A DNA stretch of 63,964 bases, the filler included, from Reclinomonas americana ATCC 50394 (Eukaryota), in NCBI GenBank assembly GCA_048213135.1. It is 9 parts of 9 records of this genome, joined end to end, with 100 filler letters (N's around TTAATTAATTAA, not from the genome) between each part and the next. Parts side by side here need not be neighbours in the genome. Positions count along the whole stretch, not along the records: positions 54,609 to 57,652 come from AFZH01020281.1; positions 57,753 to 60,991 come from AFZH01020283.1; positions 61,092 to 62,832 come from AFZH01020284.1; positions 62,933 to 63,964 come from AFZH01020344.1; 5 more parts are not named here. The stretch is one strand, 5' to 3'. The first letter of the stretch is position 1, and every line of letters begins with the position of its first letter. Positions 54,631 to 63,964 of this stretch are shown here, in pieces. The notes below the pieces were generated by a model. It worked only from the letters and a program-made list of their open reading frames with translations. It was not told the origin of the DNA and did not search any database. A program made the translations under genes and the position numbers.

Positions 54631-57213
54631 GTGGCACAGCGGTCGGCAGCGTCGCCGGCCAGAACCACCGCCACCAATGGTGCCTCGAGCACGTACTATT
54701 CCAGTGCTAACATGACTACAAGGTATGGTGGAGTGACCGACACCTCGCTGTCGTCTGCGCATGCGCTCACGCTGGTGGATAGACCACAATCGTCGACGAG
54801 GACACGACCGGTGGCGGCGGTACAGGGTCGTGCGCCGTCACCGCTGTCGAGTGCGAGAGGTGGAGCGAGTCCGCGGGTGCCGCTGTCGTCGTCGCAGCAG
54901 CAGCAGCCGCCTGTCGTGGTTCCTGTGTCGTCGGGAGACCGACCGCTGTCGCGGTCGAACTCGCGTCTGCGGCATCAGTTGGGCAGCTCGGGGCTGCCGA
55001 CCATGACGGATTCGTATGGTGTGAGGGGTGGTGGTGGTGGTGGTGAGCGAGTCGCGTCGGCTGGTCTGCGAGCGGCACCCGTCAGCAGCAGCAGTGTCAG
55101 CAGCAGTGTTAATAGCAGTCTGGGAAGCAGCATCGGCAGTGGTGGAATCGCGTCGTCACAGCGAGGCGCCATTAGTAGCAGCAGCGTGACGTCGTCGATG
55201 GACTCGCTAATGTCGACTCGAATCGCCGGCTCGCAGTCGTCGTCCACGCGATCATCGTCCAGCTCACTCCTGTCGGGAACTGTCGGCTTGCCGTCGCCAC
55301 CACAACCACCTCCTGCGCCATCGCCAGCCGTGGTGAGTTCGGCAGAATGTCTCTTTGTGTGTGTGTACGTCCTCCGCCCTCACGTGCCCGCAGTATGCAC
55401 ACCATCGTGGCGATCTGGTCACCGACTCGTCTCCGTCCTCGTCGTCCTCATCGTCGTCAATGGCGCTGGCGCGCGACAGCAGCGACGTGTTGGCTGTTGG
55501 CGGATCAAGCAGCGCATCACGACGGCTCTTCCCCGTGGCGACAAATGGGGTGGCCACCGACCGTGATTATGTGCCGGAGAGGTACGGGACCACGGCGGCA
55601 AAGACGCTAGCCGGGGCCACCACGGTGGCCGCCTCGTCGGCACAGAACAGTCGGGTGTCATCGGCGTCTGCCACTGCGGCGGCCGGTGGTGCTTCGCGGT
55701 CGGTGTCGACGGGGGGCGCCAGTGGGAGTACGGTGCGCGGTTCGCTCGCCGGACTGCGCAATCTCGGCAACACGGTGCGGAAAATTGTGCCACGCAGTCT
55801 GCATCGCGGTCGCTCATCCTCTCGTGCTGTAGTGCTTCATGAATGCCACACTGCAATGCCTGATGAATCTGCGAGACCTGTGCGACTGCTTCACCCGCGG
55901 CTGTCATCGCCAAGAAATCAATCGGCGCAACAGGATGAAGGGCCAGTTTGTCAGTGGTACGCGATACTACTACATTCAAGGATCACTGGTCGCGAGTCGC
56001 TCACTCTGTTCTCGCAGCCTTTGCGGACCTGGCGGTGGAGATGATTGGCGCGGCAGGATCGGTGGTGTCACCGACTGCATTCAAGCAGGGGGTGGCGAGG
56101 TGGGCGTCGCAGTTCGAGGGCTACGCTCAGCACGATGCACACGAGTTCCTCCGCTTCGTGCTCGACGGTCTCCACGAAGATCTCAATCGGATTGTGGAGA
56201 AGCCGCCATACCAGGAGCTGAAGGACATTGCGGGTGAGGACGAGATGGCCAAGTCGGATCGCTACTGGGAGTACTACCGCGCACGCAACGACTCGTTCAT
56301 CTACGATGTGTTCGGTGGGCAGCTGAAGAGCTGCGTCACCTGTTCGGTGTGCAACACGCGGTCGACGGCCTTTGATACGTTTCTGGACATTTCCTTGCCA
56401 ATACCAGCAGTACGTCCTCCTCCTCCCCTTCTCTCCTCGCCCCCCTCTTGCAGCTCCCTCACTGTCCTTGTGAAACACAGGCGTTCCGCAACTCTCGTTC
56501 GTCCTACTACGGCAGCAGTGCGGGTCGTTCGTCTCTGTGGTCCGGCTCGTCGTCGGCCAGCGGAAGTGGCGCATCGGCCAGCGCCGGCTCGCAGCAGTGC
56601 ACGCTCGAGGACTGCCTCAACGAATTTGTACAGGAGGAGGTTCTCAGCGGCAACGAAAAATACCACTGGTGCGTGCGCGTTCGTGCGACTTCTCCGCTCT
56701 CCACACCCCGCTCAGCTGACATGCATACACAGTGCCAAGTGCAAGAAACTCCAATCGTGCTCCAAGAAAATGTCCGTGTTCAGATGGCCCCGCGTGCTGG
56801 TGGTACAACTGAACCGTTTCGTGTACACCTCGGTGATTCGGCAAAAGCTCGACACCTCGGTGCGGTTGCCGACCGAGGCCATTGATCTGTCGCCCTACGA
56901 GGACCCCGACGCCTCGGTATTGCGGCAGACGCCCATTTACGAACTGTGTGGTGCGTTGTGAAGAGAGCGGGAAGGAAGGCGGGAAGAGAATCGCAGCAGC
57001 AGCTTCTTCTTACACACACGCATACTTGTACTACGCGCCGCAGGTGTCGTAAATCACGGTGGCAGCATGACGGGCGGGCATTATACGTCGAACGCCAAAT
57101 CACCGGCCGACGGCAAATGGTACACCTTTAATGATTCGCATGTGAGCCCCAGCTCGGCATCCTCAATCAGCGGATCGGCGGCCTACGTCTTGTTCTTTGA
57201 GCGGAAAAAGTGA
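54631..57213 (+). CDS. Ubiquitin-specific protease, USP2/USP21-like (peptidase C19), with Ser-rich N-terminus; start uncertain
   Basis: Cys box GLRNLGNTCFMNATLQCL, QHDAHEFLRFVLDGLHEDLN, His box GVVNHGGSMTGGHYTS, WYTFNDSHV, AYVLFF. Confidence 0.92.
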
Positions 57214-57752
57214 ATGAACTTCGAAGAAGGACAACCGCGAGCGTCCGATAGCGCAGCTCATCAACGAAACAACCGATTGGCACCACTCTTTACGTGCGAG
57301 AAAGGAGGCGTCGTCGACGAGGCGAACTGCGTCGATCAGCGAATCAAGCAAGCACGCGTGACCAAGAGAGAGACACGCAGAGAGAAAGAGAGAGAGATCG
57401 CGTGGCCATGCCTGCCATGCCCGTCGTCGCGACACGGTTTGCCTTCACTCACACGCACATGTACATGGAGGGCACACACGCACACACGCGCGTACCTTCT
57501 CTCTCCGTTTCGCTCGCTTGCTTTCGTCACGCGCGCGTGCGTGCTGGACTTGTTTTATCGATATCCTGTGTGTGTGTTGGCTGCGGTGGTCGCTCAAGCA
57601 CACATCGCGCGTGTGTGTGTACGTGTCGCACTCTTGCAGGAGAGTGTGTGTANNNNNNNNNNNNNNNNNNNNNNNNNNNNNNNNNNNNNNNNNNNNTTAA
57701 TTAATTAANNNNNNNNNNNNNNNNNNNNNNNNNNNNNNNNNNNNNNNNNNNN

Positions 57753-57967
57753 GAGGAGAGAGGGGAGGGAAGAGGGGGGTGGGAAAAGGGTGTGAGGCGA
57801 TTGACGATAGTCCGTTCAAGGAATTGGTTTTTGGCTCTTCCTTCTCTGCGTCACTCTAAAAGAATTATGCTGCGCTGTAAAGATTTGTCTGTGTGGTTGT
57901 GTTATGGCGAAGAGGAGAGAGGGGAGGGGTGGGAAAAGGGTGTGAGGTGATTGACGATAGTCCGTTC
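57753..57967 (+). repeat. Imperfect direct repeat of ~55-65 bp (57753-57817 and 57912-57967)
   Basis: GAGGAGAGAGGGGAGGG...GTGGGAAAAGGGTGTGAGGYGATTGACGATAGTCCGTTC occurs twice. Confidence 0.8.
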
Positions 57968-58155
57968 TTTCTGCATCCCTCTCTCCGTTTCCCGGTATTC
58001 TCCTGGTATTGTCATATGAGCGGCTTGGTTGCGAAGAGATACGTGCATTCTATCGCCTGTTTGGTGATATCTGTTTTGGGAGGCTCGATGCGTTCACTCA
58101 TTACATTACACAGTCGTGCGCGCACTCGCGTATCGATTAGTGGATGTCTAAGTTT

Positions 58156-58600
58156 CTATGGAGTGGCCGCAGCGTCTTCTCTTGCCTCGTCAGCAACAGT
58201 GCGCTGTGCAGAAGAAGAGAGAGAGAGAGAGTCAGTATTCAGTTTCGTCACAGGAGGCTGCACGCCGCGCACCTTCATGAACTGCATTTCCTCATTCACG
58301 ATGCTGCGAAGTCTGAGCACGAGGTGCACAGTGGCGTTGTGGCTGATGCCGTACTCCTGGAAGGTGTGGCCGCACTGAAGCTCCTTTCCGGCATAGTTCA
58401 GGCGCATCTCGTGGAGAGGGATGTGCTCCCTGTAGAAGACGGCCTGGAACAGAGTGTCGACCAGCGCGTCCTGCTCCATGGCATACACCACCGACTTGCC
58501 AGCCTGCGCAGTCGTGATCGTGAGGGAATGCATCAACACAGGGGGAGTGATGGCATGGATCATGATCATGACGCACCAGGTTGCGTACAAAGATGATCAT
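58156..58600 (-). CDS. Ubiquitin-like protein without diglycine, with a short C-terminal extension
   Basis: Spliced MIIFVRNL|AGKSVVYAMEQDALVDTLFQAVFYREHIPLHEMRLNYAGKELQCGHTFQEYGISHNATVHLVLRLRSIVNEEM aligns colinearly with ubiquitin. Confidence 0.82.
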
Positions 58601-58894
58601 TGTGCTGTTTGTATTGAAGAGCGGTATGAAAGATGTGGGGGGTTGTGGGTAGTGAGAGAGTTTGAGAGAGGAGGTCGGCTCCCCAGATATGTCAAAAGTG
58701 TTGATGATTTCACGCCAGTGTTTGCCGGGTTTAAATTGTCGGATTTGTGACAGGACTGTCCGACGGGAGAACCCATTTTGGAAACACACAATTTGCGTGG
58801 ACAACAGTGATTCGCATCCTGTCCGCGGGATCGTGCCAGGTGTCTTTTTTTGGTCGCAGAGATGCGAAATTCAGAAGCGAGGCAATGATTTCCA

Positions 58895-60640
58895 AACAAA
58901 TCGATATCACTGCACAGGGCTTTTTAACCGTGCATTCGGCGCCGTTTCTCCATACATTGGCATAGAGCAATGACGTATTTGCACCATCGACACAAGCAGC
59001 CAAGCATAGCGGCTCCAGGACGCTCCAGGACCGCAGATTTCATCCGTCAAACATGAGCGTGGGCGCACTGGATGCCGCCCTAACCACTCTCACAGCACAT
59101 AGTGCACGCCCCTTGACAGCCGCCTCTGCCGCAGCCGCAGCAGCAGCCGCAGATAGCCAGTATGACAGCCTGGCCTATGCACATGTACAAAGCACCGCAG
59201 GCAATGTCACTGCCTTCCTGCACGACCTGCAACGCGGAGTCACCGCAGGCGAAGTCGCCGAGCAGCAGCAGGGAGAAGTGAATGATCACCGCGCAGTTTG
59301 TAACGCTGCTCAGAAGGCGAAGAAAGCTGTCGTCGATTTCAGTGATTTCCGAACAAATCACTGCTCTGCTCTTTCTAACCGTGCGTTCGACGCCGTTTCT
59401 TCACGCACCACCGGCGTATAACAATGTGTAAGAGAAGTATACGCGTCATCGACACTTGCAGCCAAGCATACGGGCTGCAGGACGCATCAGGACCGCACGA
59501 TTTCATCAATCAAACATGAGTGCAGGCGCACTAGACGCCGCACTCACCACACTCACAGCACATAGTGCACGACCATTGACAGCTGCCTCTGCCGCCGCCG
59601 CCGCCGCAGCAGCAGATAGCCAGTACGACAGCTTGGCCTATGCACAAAGCACCGCAGGCAATGTCACTGCTTTCCTGCGCCACCTGCAACGCGGAGTCAC
59701 CGCGGGCGGAGTCGCCGAGCAGCAGCAAGGAGAATTGAGTGATCGCCGTGCAGTTTGTAACGCTGCTCAGAAGGCGAAGAGAGCTGTCGTCGATTTCAGT
59801 GATATCCGAACAAATCACTGCTCAGCTCTTTCCAACCGTGCATTCGACGCCGTTTCTTCACGCACCGGCGTATAACTTTGTCTTAGAGAAGTATACGCAT
59901 CATTGACACTTGCAACGAAGCATACGGGCTGCAGGACCGTCCAGGACCGCACGATTTCATCAATCAAACATGTCTGTGGGCGCACTGGATGCCGCGCTCA
60001 CCACTCTAACCGCCCACAGTGCACGTCCTCTCACTGCTGCCTCTGCAGCAGCCGCCGCAGCAGCCGCAGACAGTCAATACGACAGCTTGGCCTACGCACA
60101 AAGCACCGCAGGCAATGTTACTGCCTTTCTCCGCGACCTGCAACGCGGAGTCACCGCGGGCGGAGTCGCCGAGCAGCAGCAAGGAGAAGTGAATGATCAC
60201 CGCGCAGTTTGCAACGCTGCTCAGAAGGCGAAGAAAGCTGTCGTCGATTTCAGTGATTTCGAACAAATCACTGCTCAGCTCTTTCCAACCGTGCATTCGA
60301 CGCCGTTTCTTCACGCGCCGGCGTATAACTATGTAGTAGCGGCGTATGCGCACCATCGACACTTGCAGCCAAGCATACGGGCTGCAGGACGCTCCAGGAC
60401 CGCACGATTTCATCAATCAAACATGTCTATGGGCGCGCTGGATGCCGCCCTAACCACTCTAACCGCCCACAGTGCTCGACCGCTCACTGCTGCTTCTGCA
60501 GCAGCCGCAGCAGCCGCAGCAGACAGTCAATACGACAGCTTGGCCTATGCACAAAGCACCGCAGGCAATGTCGCTGCCTTCCTGCGCGACCTGCAACGCG
60601 GAGTCACCGCGGGCGGAGTCGCCGAGCAGCAGCAAGGAGG
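58895..60640 (+). repeat. Tandem array of a ~453-bp coding unit, about four copies (ATGs at 59053, 59516, 59970, 60423)
   Basis: Each copy encodes MS(V/A/M)GALDAALTTLTAHSARPLTAASAAAAAAAADSQYDSLAYA...QQQG. Periods are 463, 454 and 453 bp. Confidence 0.92.
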
Positions 60641-61198
60641 CTCTTCCTCGACTGCTGCTGCATCAGTGGGAGGCTCCTCCTCCTCCTCCTCAGTGCAACA
60701 GGCATCATCATCATTGGCGACTGCACCAGTGACGATTGCGGCGGCGGTGGCGGCGGCCACTGCAAGTGTGGGAATGGAGAGAGTGGTGAGTGTGAGAAGA
60801 GAGTGAGAGAAGAGAGAGAGAGAGAGAGAAGAGAAAGAGAGAGGAGACTGCATGCATGTGCTCATTCGTCTCTCTCTCTCTCTCACACACTCTCTCACCC
60901 ACTCTCTCTCTCTCTCTCACACACTCTCTCTCACACGCTCTTGTTCCTCATGCACGATCACATTTGCATGTTTCCTCTCACTCTCCTCTCTNNNNNNNNN
61001 NNNNNNNNNNNNNNNNNNNNNNNNNNNNNNNNNNNTTAATTAATTAANNNNNNNNNNNNNNNNNNNNNNNNNNNNNNNNNNNNNNNNNNNNCTCTCTCTC
61101 TCTACACACCTACTCCTTACCTCCTACCGTACCGTACCGTTCCGTTTCCGTTTCCGTTACTACGTACGACGACGTACTACACTTACTTCTACTCTTCT

Positions 61199-61234
<36 letters not shown>

Positions 61235-61245
61235 TCTCTCTCCTC

Positions 61246-61295
<50 letters not shown>

Positions 61296-61780
61296 ACCTC
61301 ATGCTCTTTCATTTAGAGTCCGTCGACCTCATGTCTTTGCTCTCACTCTCATTCTCACAGTCACTCTCGCACACAGACGCACTCTCCTCCACTCGTCTTC
61401 TGTTGCTCCTCTTATTGCTTGCTTCTGTTCTCCTTCTCTCAATCCTTCTCACTCCCTTCGCTTCCTTCTTCCTCTCCCTTCCCTTCCTTTCCTTCCCCTT
61501 CACCTCTTACATTTCCTCCTCCTCCACTGTCTCTCCCTCTCGCTCGCCCTTTCCCCCTTCCTCTTCTTCTCCTCCGCTGTCTGTCCCTCTCACTCGCCCT
61601 TCTTTCTTTCCTCTTCTTCTCCTCCGCTTCCTGTCACTGTCTCTCTCCCCGTTTCTCTCCCTTGCTTTCCTTCTCTTCGATCCTCCTTCTCCTCTCACTC
61701 TCTTCACTTCCTTCTCCTTCCCCTCTTCCACTCTCGTCCTCATTCACTCTCCCCCTTCCCCCTCCCCTCCTCCCTCGCAG

Positions 61781-62232
61781 GGAAGTTCCGGCTCGTTCAA
61801 ACGCACTGGCAGCAGCAGCAGCCTGCCTCCAGCCACTCACATTGGCTCGGTGCCGTCGTTTTCCTCGTTGGAGGACGGGTCGGCGGGAGGTTTGTGCGCT
61901 CTCCTACTTGCTCCCTGCTGTCATATGTCGTTGCTCACGTGCGAGAATAGATATGAAGTACCCACCACCGCCTGCTGTCACCCCCGCCGGCGCGCTGTCT
62001 GCGTCGCGATTGCAGAATGCGTTGGTGACCATTGAGGAAAACTGGGATTTGGCGCTGGAGCAGGGCCGGTTTGTGTGGCGACCCCTGCTCGTTGCCCTGC
62101 ATGCTCGCCTCATTTGTTGTTCTCTCTCTCTCTCTCGGTTGCAGCACGATGGAAGTGTGGCGCGCACTCTGGGAGCTGCACGGTCTTATCGAGAACAATC
62201 CGCACGCGAGAATGATTGCCTTGCGTGGACGG
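61781..62232 (+). CDS. Three internal exons of an unidentified gene between pyrimidine-rich introns
   Basis: GSSGSFKRTG..., DMKYPPPPAV...EENWDLALEQGR and TMEVWRALWELHGLIENNPHARMIALRGR are bounded by AG/GT sites. Confidence 0.5.
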
Positions 62233-62689
62233 GTGCGTTACTCGCCACTTTCTTCGTGCATTCTGTTGCTCTCAGAATTGTTGTTCTGCTTCCCTCCCGC
62301 CGTCCTCCTGTCCCTCTGACTCTCTCTCACGCCTTCCGTTGTCCTTCGCTCTCTTGCATTCCGTGATACTGCGTCTTGCACGCCCCGTTATCCTTTTTTC
62401 GCTCCGACTGTGTCTCCGTGGCTTACTCTCTCTCATTCTATCATTCTGCATGCTCTCCGCTCTCTGTCTCTCCCTCTCGCGCCCCTCTCTTTCCCACCAA
62501 CCCGCGGTCCCCTCCATTGCTTCCTCCCTGTCTTATTTTCCGTCACTCTCGCGCGCTCACACAGTTCAACACACTCTCGTTTCCTTTCTCACCTTCCCAC
62601 CCCTTTGTTTTCTGTGTCTTGCTTCTACCGTGCCTTGCCGTTCTCCTCCTTTGCTTGACTCTCTCGCTTCGCCACCGTAACTGAGTTAC

Positions 62690-62832
62690 CCCTTCCCCTT
62701 CTGCCCTCCCTTCCCCCTTCCGCCCTCCCTTCCCCTTCCGCCCTCCTTTCCCCTTCCGCCCTCCCTTCCCCTTCCGCCCTCCCTTCCCCTTCCGCCCTCC
62801 GTTCCCCTTCCGCCCTCACTTCCCCTCTCGCC
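62690..62832 (+). repeat. 18-bp minisatellite CCCTTCCCCTTCCGCCCT, about 8 copies, running into a gap
   Basis: Direct reading. Confidence 0.85.
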
Positions 62833-63107
62833 NNNNNNNNNNNNNNNNNNNNNNNNNNNNNNNNNNNNNNNNNNNNTTAATTAATTAANNNNNNNNNNNN
62901 NNNNNNNNNNNNNNNNNNNNNNNNNNNNNNNNACACACACACAGTTACACACACACCCGTCACACTGCACACACAGAGACACACTCCCACCTTTCTTCCA
63001 TCAACCTCTGCTCAGCAAGCCCAGACATTGCGTCGATGCGTGTCGATGTCGACATGGACAGAGACAATCACTGACGTCATCGTGATTGTAACGTTGCATA
63101 CCGGGCA

Positions 63108-63964
63108 ATGAACGAGCGGCGATCTCCGCGTCGCGTGGCCTCGGCCTCCGGTGGCTCCGTGGCCATGCTGCTCTCTGTGGTCGGCTCCAACGCCATGCCC
63201 TCGCGCGTGGCAGTGGCAGTGGAGAGCGCAGCGTCGCCGGCGGCGCAGAGGAAGCTGTGGGCGCAGATGCAGGCGTATCAGCAGAGCAAGGCCGGGTCTG
63301 CGGCATCGTCGGCGTCCCCAGTGGTGATGGAGAGTGAGGCGATGTTGGTGAACCGACTGATCCGCTCGCGTCAGCGCGCGTTGATTGATGAGCTGGTGGT
63401 CGACGTGGATGAGGTTCAGTGATTCGCTTTTTTCTTTTTGCTCTGTGTGAGTGTGAGGCTCATTCTCTCCGTGTGTGTGTGGCAAAGGCGGTGGACGCGT
63501 TGTGTGCGTTGTTTACGGTGGCGAGTGGGCTGGTGCGGGAGGTGGAGACGCAGCGGGGGCGCACGGAGCAGGCGGTGCAGGAGGTGGCGCGGTTGCAGAC
63601 AAGCATGCAACAGACTGATGCTGTTGCGTAACTCTCACACACTCGCCTCTGGTCATGGTTGTTGATTGTCTCGCGTGTGTGTGCGTAGGAGAATGCGCGG
63701 CTGGCGGGGGAGCTGGCGCGGCATCAGGAGGCGATTGTTAGAATACTCGGCGTGTGTCGTGCGTTCGGACACGCTGACACGAGCAAGCTGGTGCGCGATG
63801 ATGAGCCGATTCATGACCCAGAGGTGCGTCCCCCCTCCTGTCTCTCTCTCTCTCCCTCGCTCGTTCGCTGCTGACGTGCCTTTGTGTCAGTCGGTGGCCA
63901 CGATTGCACGGCAGTGTTTCGAGCGATTGGGCCGTGAGGCGACCGAGTTGCGGAGTGAGCGCAA
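63108..63964 (+). CDS. Coiled-coil hypothetical protein, runs off the window
   Basis: MNERRSPRRVASAS...ALIDELVVDVDE, then exons AVDALCALF...ARLQTS and ENARLAGELARHQE with GT-AG introns. Confidence 0.55.

Noticed and set aside
58895..60640. Tandem array as a CRISPR or transposon
   Set aside because: Units are ~453 bp and coding, with no unique spacers, terminal repeats, transposase or RT motifs.
61092..61200. Odd TACCG/TTCCG/ACG stutter sequence as a telomere-like repeat
   Set aside because: Irregular and directly next to a gap; typical of low-quality read ends.
61301..62035. Long Leu/Ser/Pro/Phe-rich ORFs
   Set aside because: Translation of stop-poor CT-rich intronic DNA; only short internal exons look real.

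Overview
A scaffold from a compact, GC-rich, intron-dense eukaryote, probably a protist. It uses the standard genetic code and most introns are 60-100 nt. Eight artificial 100-nt N/TTAATTAATTAA gap spacers interrupt it. About 24 spliced genes can be rebuilt by hand: two divergent TMEM260/DUF2723 O-mannosyltransferase paralogues flanking a universal-stress-protein gene, a BRSK/Nim1-type kinase, an LRR protein, RPS8 with an intronic box C/D snoRNA candidate, an RJL GTPase, a secreted Asp-box protein, a DHRS12-like SDR, a SWIM-RING protein, a phosducin-like/PDCD5 head-to-head pair, a ~14-kb PMP-repeat multi-pass surface protein, DNA polymerase theta, RBM42, a USP2-like deubiquitinase, a ubiquitin-like protein without diglycine, and a 453-bp tandem coding repeat. 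The strongest unexpected signal is in splicing. About 27 introns (manual count) use a 5' splice site that looks like the normal donor with one extra T (N|GTTGCG, GTTCCG, GTTTCG, GTTGAG; no +5G), almost always after a non-G exon end. This suggests a routine +1-shifted donor class rather than a rare exception. Other candidates: a Pol theta with an eroded motif B, and a snoRNA guide aimed at the sarcin-ricin loop stem. All gene models come from hand translation, with no RNA data or database searches.
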